Origin: Candidatus Moraniibacteriota bacterium
Lineage (GTDB): Bacteria > Patescibacteriota > Minisyncoccia > Moranbacterales > UBA1568
Assembly (NCBI GenBank): GCA_016699875.1
Contig: CP064989.1
Span: forward strand, 151,380-184,296
DNA: 32,917 bases
Reading direction: 5' to 3'
The notes beneath the pieces are model-generated. The model had not been told where the DNA came from, ran no database searches, and saw nothing but the letters and a program-made list of their open reading frames with translations. Shown here piece after piece: positions 24,317 to 32,917 of the stretch; position 1 is the first letter of the stretch; every line of letters starts with the position of its first letter. The position numbers were made by a program, and so were the translations under genes.

Positions 24317-25564
24317 TTACTCATACCGCAGCGCCTCCATCGGGGAGACGCGGGCGGCGCGGCGGGCGGGATAGAGGCCGAAGATAATACCGATAAGAAG
24401 CGAAACAGCAAAGGCGACACCGGCAGCTTGAAAGGTGAGAAGAAATGTCCATTCGTAACCGGCCGCACGTATGCCGAGTGCGGAAAGATAGGTCAACAGG
24501 ACACCGAAGACAAAACCAAAAAACCCGCCGAGAAGCGAAAGAAACACCGCTTCGATAAGAAATTGCACCAAGATATCCGAATCGCGCGCACCCACCGCCT
24601 TGCGAAGCCCCACTTCGCGGATGCGCTGCTTAAGCGCAATCAGCATGATATTCATGATACCGATGCCGCCCACAAAAAGCGATATACTGGCAACGAACGA
24701 AAGAAAATATTTGAGTATATCAGTGATCGATCCCAGTATCGAGATCGCGTCGGCAGTGTTCCGAATTGAGAAATCGTCGGGCGAATCCGTCTTGATACGA
24801 TGCCGATCGCGAAGAAGCGCGCGTATCGTGTCGACCGTATGCGAAATATTTTTCTCGTCATCCACCTTGAGCCGCGCGAAATTAAGATAGTCGATACCAA
24901 GCAATATTTTCTGAGCGGTTTCGAGCGGGATATAGATCGTTGCATCCGTATTCGAAAAACTCGAGCTCCCCTTCGACTCGAGAACACCGACTACCGTAAA
25001 GCTCGTATCTCCCAGAGAGAATCGTCTTCCGATCGGGTCTTCCGTCCCAAACAAATCCGTCGCACGCGTCGCTCCCAAAACCGCAACACGACCGAGTCCG
25101 GATACTTCATCCGCAGAAAAGAACCTGCCATGAGCCAATGGGAGGTTCTCGACCTGAGGAAGCGCCGCGGAGACACCCTGATACGATACGGACAGCGATT
25201 CTCCCTGAAAAGTCGCCGTGGCCGAACCCGTCACATAGCCCGATCCGGCAACAATATGCGGTACACGACTCTTCTGCAAAATCGCATCGAGATCCTTATT
25301 GGTAAAGGTCGTCGTCACGACGCCGAAAACGCTTGCGGGCGGCCCCTTCGGATCGGACGCACCCGGAAGCACCGCGATCAAGTTCGATCCGACACTCCTG
25401 ATCTGGCCCAATATAAAATCCTGCGCCGACGCGCCGATAGACATAACAAGGAAGACCGCGGCGATGCCGATCACCATGCCAAGCACCGTGAGTATCGTAC
25501 GCCCCTTCGCAACGGAAAGATTCCGCAAAGCGACGCGAACAGACTGAAGTATTCTCCGAAACAT
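24317..25564 (-). CDS. ABC transporter permease, MacB/FtsX family (copy 2)
   Basis: Same architecture as 15462-16715 and alignable to it along the whole length (SISLFVGGIGIMNIMLIALKQRIREVGLRKAVGARDSDILVQFLIEA). ATG 25564 (MFRRILQSV) is preferred. The track extension to 25630 overlaps the upstream gene. Confidence 0.9.
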   Translation of the reverse strand: MFRRILQSVRVALRNLSVAKGRTILTVLGMVIGIAAVFLVMSIGASAQDFILGQIRSVGSNLIAVLPGASDPKGPPASVFGVVTTTFTNKDLDAILQKSRVPHIVAGSGYVTGSATATFQGESLSVSYQGVSAALPQVENLPLAHGRFFSADEVSGLGRVAVLGATRATDLFGTEDPIGRRFSLGDTSFTVVGVLESKGSSSFSNTDATIYIPLETAQKILLGIDYLNFARLKVDDEKNISHTVDTIRALLRDRHRIKTDSPDDFSIRNTADAISILGSITDILKYFLSFVASISLFVGGIGIMNIMLIALKQRIREVGLRKAVGARDSDILVQFLIEAVFLSLLGGFFGFVFGVLLTYLSALGIRAAGYEWTFLLTFQAAGVAFAVSLLIGIIFGLYPARRAARVSPMEALRYE

Positions 25565-25586
25565 GCTCTCAGTATAGCACTTCGAT

Positions 25587-27332
25587 CTACCCGAATGTGA
25601 AAGCGTGCACATGAGCAGCGCCCTCCTCAAATTTGAGCCGTAAGAGATGCTGTCCGGGAGAAGAAAGATGAATCAAGTGATAGAGCCGATCACTATCAAC
25701 AGTCACTGTACCACCTTCATTATCACTGCCAAAACTCTGAACTACCCCATCCAGAGAAACATGTACACGAGCAGAAACATCCGCACGCTCCGGCCGCATC
25801 ACCAAAAATACATCTTGCGCATCAAATTCGAACACGAGTTCGGCGCCGGGTGACGGCGTCGCATATTCTTGCCCGACCGTCCACATTCCCGAAAAAGCGA
25901 ATCGACTCAAAGAGAGTGCACTCGGCGCCGTATATATTGCTGGCATATCGATTTGTATCGGCTCCGGCGAGGAGAATCTCTCCATGCGAGCAGAACCCAC
26001 ATAAGTTTCCGGCGTTCTTGCAAAGACCGTATAGGAAGGATTATCCGTCGTTGTCGGCACATCCTGTTCCCCTGCTTCTCGGAGAAGTTCTTGAATGACA
26101 CGCTCACTCCCGTCGTAATCGCCTTCGCCGAAATGGTGATACCGAATATTCCCTTCCGCATCGATAAAATATTTTGCCGGCCAGTAGTGATTGTCATAGA
26201 CTCGCCAGGTCGCAAAGTTGTTATCCTGCACGATCGGATATGTGAGACCAAAGTCAGCAACCGCTTTCCGGACATTGTCGGCGCTTTTCTCGAACTCGAA
26301 TTCCGGCGCATGCACACCGATAATCACCAATCCTTTGTCGGCATATTTTTCATTCCACGCTCGAAGATACGGAAGCGTCCGCTGACAATTGATGCACGAA
26401 TAGGTCCAAAAATCGATAAGCACGACTTTACCGCGAAGAGCTTCGAGTGAGAGCGGCTCGCTATTAATCCAAACGCCTCCAGAAATAATTTCCGGCGCCG
26501 GAACACCCTTTGGCTGCAAATCAAAAAGTGGCTTCCCAGTCATATCCGAACCAGCATCTCCTCCCACCACTTGATCGCCGCGCAGTTTTGACAATTCTCC
26601 TCGAATAAATCCGGTATCTTCAAACGAGGTAAGACCGGAACCATAGTTTGGAAACACCGTAAGCACGAATGTTTGAAATTTCCGGTCCGCCTGCACCAAT
26701 ATGGCAAATGCCGTCACTATCATCACCACACCGAATGCTCGTTGAATCGCCGCACCATGAGACAAAAGCCATGGCACTCGCTGAAGGAGCGCTCGCCCTC
26801 CCCACATCACAAGAAGCATCGGAAACGCCGCACCCGCCGAATACGCCAGAGTGAGAAGAAATGCCGAGAAAGATACAGTGCCCGTTACCGCAAGCGTAAT
26901 CACCGAAGCAAGAATGGGACCCACACACGGCGTCCAAAGCAACCCCAAAGAAACACCGATAAAGAGACCTGGAAGAAATCCGCCTCTGGAAGAAACCGTC
27001 GGAATGAATCGAGTCAACTTTGAGGAAAGTGCCTCAAGCGCAAGCTGTACTCGTGGCACCAGAAGAGAAAACCCAAATCCGGCAATCACAACCACCGAAA
27101 GAAGTCGCAAAGTATCAGCAGACACGCCGATTGCGTTTACAATCGCCGAAAGAAAGAGCGTGAACAGCGTAAAGCTCAAAACAAACCCAACAACAACGCC
27201 TATCGGCCGCGACTTCCCTATTGCAGCATCACCAACACTCGACGACAGAATAATCGGCAACACCGGAAGAATACACGGCGAGAGCACCGTTACGATTCCA
27301 GCCGCAAAAGCGAATAAAACAAGAAGTATCAT
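25587..27332 (-). CDS. DipZ-like fusion: CcdA/DsbD-type thiol-disulfide transporter, TlpA/ResA-like thioredoxin domain and a C-terminal beta-rich domain
   Basis: N-terminal CcdA core (VLSPCILPVLP; LLWTPCVGPIL), a periplasmic thioredoxin fold with CxxC (DFWTYSCINCQRTLP), and a C-terminal domain of about 170 aa. The three-part architecture matches mycobacterial DipZ as I recall it. Confidence 0.88.
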   Translation of the reverse strand: MILLVLFAFAAGIVTVLSPCILPVLPIILSSSVGDAAIGKSRPIGVVVGFVLSFTLFTLFLSAIVNAIGVSADTLRLLSVVVIAGFGFSLLVPRVQLALEALSSKLTRFIPTVSSRGGFLPGLFIGVSLGLLWTPCVGPILASVITLAVTGTVSFSAFLLTLAYSAGAAFPMLLVMWGGRALLQRVPWLLSHGAAIQRAFGVVMIVTAFAILVQADRKFQTFVLTVFPNYGSGLTSFEDTGFIRGELSKLRGDQVVGGDAGSDMTGKPLFDLQPKGVPAPEIISGGVWINSEPLSLEALRGKVVLIDFWTYSCINCQRTLPYLRAWNEKYADKGLVIIGVHAPEFEFEKSADNVRKAVADFGLTYPIVQDNNFATWRVYDNHYWPAKYFIDAEGNIRYHHFGEGDYDGSERVIQELLREAGEQDVPTTTDNPSYTVFARTPETYVGSARMERFSSPEPIQIDMPAIYTAPSALSLSRFAFSGMWTVGQEYATPSPGAELVFEFDAQDVFLVMRPERADVSARVHVSLDGVVQSFGSDNEGGTVTVDSDRLYHLIHLSSPGQHLLRLKFEEGAAHVHAFTFG

Positions 27333-27344
27333 AGGAACTCTTTT

Positions 27345-27947
27345 TTATTTTATATTGCTGAGCAACTCCGCCATTTTTCCGCCATTCCATTTTGTAACTG
27401 CACCGCCATTTCCATCAACCTGAACAAAGGTGTGTTGATACGTAATACCGTATTCTTTGGCAAGCATCTTCTCATCATCATCCGTGTCAGTGTCGTTGTA
27501 ATTCACGCGAAACACCACAACATCTGAGGGCAGTTTCGCAATATTTTCACGAATATCCGCATCAGCAGGACGACAGATCGGACACCAATTCGCATAAAAG
27601 AAAAGGATTCGCCGCTTTCCAATTACCTGATCAAACACGCTCTTAGTATAATCCATATACTCTCCGGAACCCTTCACACCAGTTATCGAAGAAGTCTCTT
27701 GCCTGTCGGCGACATCGGTCGATATACCGTTCGATCCCATCCCATCGCCACTCTCCATCATTTCACCATCAATATTCTCCTCTTCCATTGCCGCTTCGCC
27801 GCTCATACGAGAGGCTCCGTCATCCTGCATGCTATCCGCTGGTTCCATCATTGACCGATCATCGCGATCGTTTCGAAAAACAGCCCACAAACCAATACCT
27901 GTCACAACGACCACAACAACTGCCAATAATGCTTTCTGCGCTTTCAT
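27345..27947 (-). CDS. Membrane-anchored thioredoxin-fold protein with a Met/acidic-rich linker
   Basis: N-terminal TM (ALLAVVVVVVTGIGLWAVF), a linker rich in M, D and E, and a thioredoxin motif FFYANWCPICRP. ATG at 27947. The stop lies 12 nt before the DipZ-like start. Confidence 0.85.
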   Translation of the reverse strand: MKAQKALLAVVVVVVTGIGLWAVFRNDRDDRSMMEPADSMQDDGASRMSGEAAMEEENIDGEMMESGDGMGSNGISTDVADRQETSSITGVKGSGEYMDYTKSVFDQVIGKRRILFFYANWCPICRPADADIRENIAKLPSDVVVFRVNYNDTDTDDDEKMLAKEYGITYQHTFVQVDGNGGAVTKWNGGKMAELLSNIK

Positions 27948-27990
27948 ACGTTTATATTTTATGAATTATCTTCTGAAGAATGACAGACAA

Positions 27991-28350
27991 TCAATACTGG
28001 CGCCGGGCAAATGATCGACCGGCTATCTTAGCGAAAACCATGCCCGCAAGTATGGAAGGGATCCACGGGTCGATACTATGGGAAAATGCTTGAACGACCG
28101 TCCCGAGAAGGAGAAGCATTGCTCCGACAATATACGCAAAACGCGCTGCAATAAACCGATGCAGATATTCTCGCTCATCAACAGCTCGTTCCCTCCAAAG
28201 CAACACAGCAAAAGCGGAGAACACCGCCGCAATACCGCCAAGCAATGTCATATGCACCGCATCGGTCATGAGAAAATCAAATGGATTTATAAAGCAGATG
28301 AGTAAGACAATAAGTGCTATTGCCACTATTTTTTCCGAGAAAACACCCAT
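27991..28350 (-). CDS. Hypothetical membrane protein (119 aa, 4 TM), partner of the upstream XRE regulator
   Basis: ATG at 28350, 21 nt after the regulator stop. Four hydrophobic helices. The small XRE regulator plus small multi-TM protein arrangement is a common pairing. Confidence 0.6.
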   Translation of the reverse strand: MGVFSEKIVAIALIVLLICFINPFDFLMTDAVHMTLLGGIAAVFSAFAVLLWRERAVDEREYLHRFIAARFAYIVGAMLLLLGTVVQAFSHSIDPWIPSILAGMVFAKIAGRSFARRQY

Positions 28351-28371
28351 GGAAGATGATGAAAAAATAGA

Positions 28372-28575
28372 TTATTTCAATACAAACAACGACTCCACAT
28401 TTTTCCGGAAAAACCGAGCTATCTTGAGGGCAAGCACGAGCGACGGCCCATAATGCCCCTTCTCAAGCGCGATAATCGTCTGTCTTGTCACGCCGACGCA
28501 TTCAGCCAGCTGTTCTTGAGTAATGCCTCGCTCCCTCCGATACTTCTCGACGCTGTTTTTCAGCACATCATTCAT
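28372..28575 (-). CDS. XRE-family helix-turn-helix transcriptional regulator
   Basis: YRRERGITQEQLAECVGVTRQTIIALEKGHYGPSLVLALKIARFF is a canonical Cro/CI-type HTH. ATG 28575 (MNDVLKN) is preferred over TTG 28608. Confidence 0.85.
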   Translation of the reverse strand: MNDVLKNSVEKYRRERGITQEQLAECVGVTRQTIIALEKGHYGPSLVLALKIARFFRKNVESLFVLK

Positions 28576-28658
28576 AAGCTTCTCGTGCAGAAGAGCTATC
28601 ACGCGCAATCATCTCAACAGAGCATTATTCTCCTACTCTTCTGTCACTCAATAACTGC

Positions 28659-28686
28659 ATTGTAAATCAGAACCGATCAATGTCAA
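28659..28686 (-). promoter_or_regulatory. Sigma-70-like promoter for the XRE regulator / membrane protein pair
   Basis: Minus strand reads TTGACA (28686-28681), a 16-nt spacer, then TACAAT (28664-28659). Confidence 0.5.
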
Positions 28687-28758
28687 GTTTACTTTACATA
28701 TAGAAATACCCGGCGCAGTTTTTCCGACAGCGAAGAGCACTCAAAGAAATCTCCTATC

Positions 28759-28785
28759 AAAAAGCGCCCCTGCTACGGAAGGCGC
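28759..28785 (-). terminator. Intrinsic terminator downstream of uppS
   Basis: GC-rich stem gcgcc(cc) 28764-28770 pairs with (gg)aaggcgc 28777-28785. On the minus strand the hairpin is followed by TTTTT (complement of 28759-28763). Confidence 0.6.
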
Positions 28786-28859
28786 AAAAACATTCGATAT
28801 TTTCTCCCTCTACACCTGACTTTTCCAGCACGCATATATACTTTCACCCTTCTTGTCCA

Positions 28860-29573
28860 TTACTTTCCGAATCGCCTGGCGCGACGGGCATATTCCTCGA
28901 TTGATTCGGCAAAGGCTTGTTCGTCGAAATCCGGGTAAAGTTTTTCGGAAAAATAGAGCTGCGCATCAGCGATATCCCACATCATAAACCCGGCAGAGAG
29001 ATGGGGCTCACCTCCGGTCCGAATGAGATAGTCAACCGGCGGAAGGTCGCGTGTCATAAGGGCCGCTTTCAGTCGTTCCGGTGAAACCGATTCCGACGAT
29101 ACGCCAGCTGAAATGAGTGATCGGACCGCTTCCAACATTTCGTCATTCCCGCTATACGCCAAGAAAAAATTGAGTGAGTAATCATCATACGATTTTGTCT
29201 CTTCCTCGCATCGAATAAGAATCTTCTTGAGACCGTCCGGAAATTGTTCTCGCCAATGACCGATCATGCGAATACGCGCACGATCTCGATGCACTGTTTC
29301 ATTCTCAATCATGCGTGTGAAATATTCTCCGTAGATACGAAGGAGAGCGCGCTTTTCTTCAAACGGACGCTTCGTGAGATTCTCCATGGACGATCCCCAA
29401 AACGAAAACGAACGAATACCGAGCTCGCGCGCCTTCTCTATGATTTTCTCGGTATTCTTGGCACCCGCTTCATGCCCATCCCAAGGATCAAGTCCGCGCG
29501 CCTTTGCCCACCGACGATTACCATCGGGGATGAGAGCCACATGGGCAGGAACAGAGGAGATCGGCTGCGACAT
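28860..29573 (-). CDS. uppS: Isoprenyl transferase (undecaprenyl-diphosphate synthase family, cis-prenyltransferase)
   Basis: HVALIPDGNRRWAK, FSFWGSSMEN, IRTGGEPHLSAGFMMWDIADAQLYF. ATG at 29573. Confidence 0.95.
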   Translation of the reverse strand: MSQPISSVPAHVALIPDGNRRWAKARGLDPWDGHEAGAKNTEKIIEKARELGIRSFSFWGSSMENLTKRPFEEKRALLRIYGEYFTRMIENETVHRDRARIRMIGHWREQFPDGLKKILIRCEEETKSYDDYSLNFFLAYSGNDEMLEAVRSLISAGVSSESVSPERLKAALMTRDLPPVDYLIRTGGEPHLSAGFMMWDIADAQLYFSEKLYPDFDEQAFAESIEEYARRARRFGK

Positions 29574-29602
29574 ACGCTCAAAGAAAAAACCAAATTAATA
29601 TC

Positions 29603-30673
29603 CTAATATTCCCGACTCATCATATAATCGGCAATGCCGATCAAAAAATCTTTCGCTTCCGCCGGAAGTTCAATCGGCACAATCTCCCGTCTCCCGATGT
29701 CGATATAGGACTTCGCTGTTTCTTTCGCCGATGCAAGCGCACCGGACTCTATGAGAATCTCGCGAAATCTATCGATATCCTGCCGAGAGAGATCCTTGCC
29801 CTTTCGCAGTATTTCAGAAAGCTCCTGCTGCGCATGTTTCGAGACAAGCGAAAGCGCTCGCGAGACCAGTATCGATATTTTCCCCTCTTCGATATCCGAT
29901 CCAATAGGCTTCCCCACTTTTTCTTCCGACCCAAACACACCAAGAATATCATCCTGAATTTGGAAAGCAATGCCAAGGGGAATCGCATATCGTCCGAATG
30001 CATCTGCCAATTCCTCGGACCCCCCTGCCAATATCACGCCCAACTGAAGCGGTCCATCTATGGTATAACGAGCCGTCTTGTGCTCGTACATAGCGAGAAT
30101 CTCTTTTTCTGTCGCCTTCCCGGCGAATTCTATCAGAATATCCTTTGCCTGCCCCACTACCGTGAACGAAATAATATCCTGCAATTTCGAAAGCGCACGA
30201 AGGATCCGGTCGGGAGGAAATCCAGACTCGAATATAATCTGGTTGCCGAGAGCGCCCACCATATCGCCGATGATAATCGCCATCGAACTGCCGAAGTGCG
30301 CCGAATCAGCATGTGGAAATAGCTTCTCCGCAGCGAACCGGAAATGCTCATGAGCCGTTTCAATGCCGTGTCGTTTTTCATCGCGATCAATAATATCATC
30401 ATGGATGAGCAAGAAAATATGGATCAGTTCTATCGAGACTGTCGCACGAAGCATTCGTTCTCGATCCGTACCGCCGGCAGCGAGGTACCCATAGTACATA
30501 AACGACGCCCGCAGTCGCTTCCCTCCGGACAAAACCAGCGACTTTACATATCGAAGCGCCTCAGTCATGAAGGGATCATGCTTCGTTGTCTCAGAAATAG
30601 TTCGATCAAGATAGCGAGCAATTTCCCGATCAACCCGAACCTTGAAGTGAGCAAGTTCTCTCTGTATATCCAT
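29603..30673 (-). CDS. Trans-polyprenyl diphosphate synthase (FPP/GGPP synthase family)
   Basis: First and second Asp-rich motifs are LIHDDIIDRDEKRHG and FQIQDDILGVFG. ATG 30673 (MDIQRELAHF) is preferred over TTG 30700. Confidence 0.9.
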   Translation of the reverse strand: MDIQRELAHFKVRVDREIARYLDRTISETTKHDPFMTEALRYVKSLVLSGGKRLRASFMYYGYLAAGGTDRERMLRATVSIELIHIFLLIHDDIIDRDEKRHGIETAHEHFRFAAEKLFPHADSAHFGSSMAIIIGDMVGALGNQIIFESGFPPDRILRALSKLQDIISFTVVGQAKDILIEFAGKATEKEILAMYEHKTARYTIDGPLQLGVILAGGSEELADAFGRYAIPLGIAFQIQDDILGVFGSEEKVGKPIGSDIEEGKISILVSRALSLVSKHAQQELSEILRKGKDLSRQDIDRFREILIESGALASAKETAKSYIDIGRREIVPIELPAEAKDFLIGIADYMMSREY

Positions 30674-30898
30674 AACGGAAAGGGCAACAAAAACAATCAA
30701 TACTTAAGTTTTCCAAGAAGAGCGCTCGACAATACTCCCCCTAAAAATCAATATTAAAACGTGAAACACACAGAGCGATTGTAGCATCGGACACCCCTCA
30801 TAAACAAGAAAGAAGCTACAAGCACTTCGTACCCTCGAAGCAAATACACATCCGATTACGTACGGGATATTAAACTACAAAGCCAACATATTGTCCAG

Positions 30899-30927
30899 TT
30901 GACGCCAAAAATAGCGCGCCGTACAAT
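30899..30927 (+). promoter_or_regulatory. Sigma-70-like promoter for the only plus-strand gene
   Basis: TTGACG (30899-30904), a 17-nt spacer, then TACAAT (30922-30927). This is about 90 nt upstream of ATG 31019. Confidence 0.5.
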
Positions 30928-31018
30928 AAACAAAGACGGTCGATCCGACTTCAACGCAAGCGGCTTACTCAGTGATTTCTGTTAACGATTGAATACTAGA
31001 AAGGCAGGTGACACACAT

Positions 31019-31690
31019 ATGCAAGACGAACACCAAGAGGAAGATTACCAAGAGGAAGAAGGCGGACTGAAAACATGGCTCGAAGACAATCTCCGCATCA
31101 TCTTGAGCATACTCGTTGTATTCGCGATAGCGGGCGGCATCTACTCTTACTCCCAGCGCTCACAGACGCCAGCACTCACCGAAGAAACGACAACATCCAG
31201 CGATGGGTCCGATCAGGCAACTCAGCCTGATGATCAGATAGCTCAAGATGACACCGAGAAAGACGAAACAGCTGATACGGCGCCGGAGGTCAAGAAAGAA
31301 GACGCTGCTGAAAACACAGCTACTGCCAAACCAGCCGAAGTAAAGCCTGTCGACACAACAAAGCCGGCACCAGTCATGACAGAGAGCAAAGAAACTGAAA
31401 CAGCATTCATCGAAACGGCAGCTCGCGGCGACAATCTGACACTACTCGCACGACAAGCAGCTGCTAACTTTCTCGAGAAAAACCCCGACTCAGCAATATC
31501 CAGAGAGCATAAGGTGTACATCGAAGATTACCTTCGCAAACACACCGTCTCCGGACCCATTCGTGTCGGCACCAGCGTAGAGTTTTCCAAAGATCTCATC
31601 CGAGAAGCTATCGAGAAGTCGAAGCAACTCAATGATCAACAACTCACGAATCTCAAGAAATATTCGAACCGAGCGCCTTCTCTCCGCTAA
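31019..31690 (+). CDS. Hypothetical membrane-anchored protein with an acidic low-complexity linker
   Basis: ATG 31019 is preceded by aaggcagg. The track ORF starts at TTG 30989. Acidic N-terminus, one TM (ILSILVVFAIAGGIYSY), a T/D/E/A-rich linker and a C-terminal globular part of about 90 aa. No family recognised. Confidence 0.6.
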   Translation: MQDEHQEEDYQEEEGGLKTWLEDNLRIILSILVVFAIAGGIYSYSQRSQTPALTEETTTSSDGSDQATQPDDQIAQDDTEKDETADTAPEVKKEDAAENTATAKPAEVKPVDTTKPAPVMTESKETETAFIETAARGDNLTLLARQAAANFLEKNPDSAISREHKVYIEDYLRKHTVSGPIRVGTSVEFSKDLIREAIEKSKQLNDQQLTNLKKYSNRAPSLR

Positions 31691-31870
31691 GCATACACCG
31701 CAAAGCCTCACGCTCTCTTGAGGGCAGGTCGCAGTCAATTGATGCAAGAGAAGTGGGCAAGAAACGAATGTAACACCGACTTGATAGGATTGATAGGGAG
31801 AGAGACAGAGGGACTGTTCAACAAAGCAAATTTGTTTTCGACTTTTCGTTCTTTTATTGGCACCTCAAAG

Positions 31871-31897
31871 CCCCGCAACGCGGGGTTTTGTGTTTTT
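31871..31897 (+). terminator. Intrinsic terminator
   Basis: ccccgc-aac-gcgggg (31871-31885) is followed by ttttgtgttttt. It lies in the convergent gap between 31690 and 31936. Confidence 0.6.
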
Positions 31898-31935
31898 CCA
31901 CACTCATCCTCTCTTTGTTTTATTCAAGAAACCTC

Positions 31936-32379
31936 TCACAATTCCTCAAAAGACACGCTGTCACCTTCCCGTATATTCCATATTTGACATGAACCGGCAT
32001 TCACTTCGAGCACACGGTCAGCAAGCTGATTGGGGCGATATACGCGCCGCTGATTATGAAAATCCACATTTTGTTCAATATGCACGATTTTTCCATTACG
32101 AATCCAAAGTATATCAAGCGGGAAACGCATATCCTTCATCCAGAAAGCGTATTGGTCGGCATGATCGAAAAGAAAAAGCATGCCGCAAGTCTTACAAATC
32201 GAATCTCTTCCGCCCAATCCACGCTCAAGATCTTCCCCTTCATCAACGATATCGACAGAAAACAAAGCGCTCCCAATACGAACCCGCGGACCCTCTGACT
32301 GGTATGCACTCAAAAGTAAAAACACAAAGAGAACCGCAAACAATGCTCCAAACACGGAAATAACTCTTCGATGTTTCAT
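31936..32379 (-). CDS. DUF192 domain protein with N-terminal signal/anchor
   Basis: MLFLFDHADQYAFWMKDMRFPLDILWIRNGKIVHIEQNV matches the DUF192 pattern. ATG 32379 overlaps the upstream stop (ATGA). Confidence 0.85.
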   Translation of the reverse strand: MKHRRVISVFGALFAVLFVFLLLSAYQSEGPRVRIGSALFSVDIVDEGEDLERGLGGRDSICKTCGMLFLFDHADQYAFWMKDMRFPLDILWIRNGKIVHIEQNVDFHNQRRVYRPNQLADRVLEVNAGSCQIWNIREGDSVSFEEL

Positions 32380-32917
32380 AACTCTTGGGAAGCCGAAAAC
32401 GACCCTGCCAACCCAACTCTCTTCTGTATTTGAAAGAGAAATACACCAACCAGAATACTCAGAACGAGAAAGGCTATTGTCTTACCGGTTGATCCGAATG
32501 AAAGCGCAATGCCTCCGACAAGAGCCGTATATGCTGCATATCCCAAAACAATGGCACGATCCGACCACCCAAGTTCACGCAGACGATAGTGGAGATGACG
32601 AAGATCACCGCCACGAAACGGTGACTGTCCACACCGCAGGCGCTCGACAAACACCCAAATCGCATCAAGCATTGGGAGAGATAAGACGAGAATGGCTGTC
32701 GCCAATTTGGCACCGGACAAAATAGAGAGTGACGCCAGTGAGAACCCTATAAAGAATGAGCCTGTAGTACCCGGGAAAAAATAGGATGGCGGAAAGTTAA
32801 ACACCAGAAGACCCAGCACTGCTCCCGCCAACACCACAGCAATAATGCCAAGAGGCGGCTGATCCACCCGCGAAGATATAGAGAGACAGAACAATGCAAA
32901 GAATGCGAAAATTGATA
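32376..32917 (-). CDS. Glycosyltransferase family 4 (MraY/WecA-type polyprenyl-phosphate sugar-1-phosphate transferase), C-terminal part; the 5' end lies beyond the right edge
   Basis: FFPGTTGSFFIGFSLASL, LSLPMLDAIWVFVERLRCGQSPFRGGDLRHLHYRL. The reading frame stays open from 32894 to the window end (..SIFAFFALFCLSIS), so the TTG at 32894 is internal. Confidence 0.85.
   Translation of the reverse strand, partial: SIFAFFALFCLSISSRVDQPPLGIIAVVLAGAVLGLLVFNFPPSYFFPGTTGSFFIGFSLASLSILSGAKLATAILVLSLPMLDAIWVFVERLRCGQSPFRGGDLRHLHYRLRELGWSDRAIVLGYAAYTALVGGIALSFGSTGKTIAFLVLSILVGVFLFQIQKRVGLAGSFSASQEL

Noticed and set aside
27991-28575. XRE regulator plus small protein considered as a toxin-antitoxin pair.
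   Set aside because: The partner is a four-TM membrane protein with no toxin-like features. This regulator-plus-membrane-protein pairing is common and not known as a TA module.
31691-31870. Convergent intergenic region checked for tRNA or other structured RNA.
   Set aside because: No cloverleaf-compatible arms and no GTTCGAATC-type T-loop. Only the terminator hairpin at 31871-31885 is convincing.
1-32917. Search for CRISPR arrays, rRNA, tRNA, tmRNA, SRP RNA, integrases/transposases and reverse transcriptases.
   Set aside because: No regularly spaced direct repeats, no conserved RNA motifs other than those of RNase P RNA, and no ORF with recombinase or RT motifs were seen by eye. A computational scan (tRNAscan-SE, Infernal/Rfam, CRISPR finders) is needed to confirm this.

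Overview
The window looks like a bacterial chromosome segment with about 50% G+C. Almost every gene is on the minus strand. Most of it is housekeeping and envelope genes: a partial SAM-dependent methyltransferase, a polyprenyl-phosphate sugar transferase, pheS/pheT, tyrS, secD/secF, a NUDIX hydrolase, a truncated Mur-ligase-like protein, a class I/II aminotransferase, a DipZ-like CcdA-thioredoxin fusion with a second thioredoxin, an XRE regulator with a membrane partner, uppS, a trans-polyprenyl synthase, a DUF192 protein and a partial MraY/WecA-family transferase. I found an RNase P RNA gene (rnpB, minus strand, about 2244-2708) in what the ORF track treats as intergenic or ORF-extension sequence. 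The most unusual region is an AT-rich insertion at about 16.9-24.3 kb, sitting between two paralogous MacB/FtsX-type ABC permease genes. It carries a tightly packed four-gene operon: EcoEI-type hsdR, an uncharacterised 142-aa ORF with a degenerate PD-(D/E)xK-like signature, a fused hsdM-hsdS gene, and a zinc-ribbon plus DUF4145 protein. A 247-aa membrane protein of intermediate composition follows. No integrase, transposase, CRISPR array, rRNA or tRNA was seen. My best candidate for a not-yet-described system is this Type I R-M operon with its two translationally coupled passenger genes. Other points of interest are a parvulin (PpiC-type) PPIase module embedded in the periplasmic domain of SecD with apparently permuted strand order, a nested palindromic inverted-repeat element upstream of tyrS, and a 24-bp perfect hairpin terminator. 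All family assignments come from reading motifs in the translations by eye. No database search was run.
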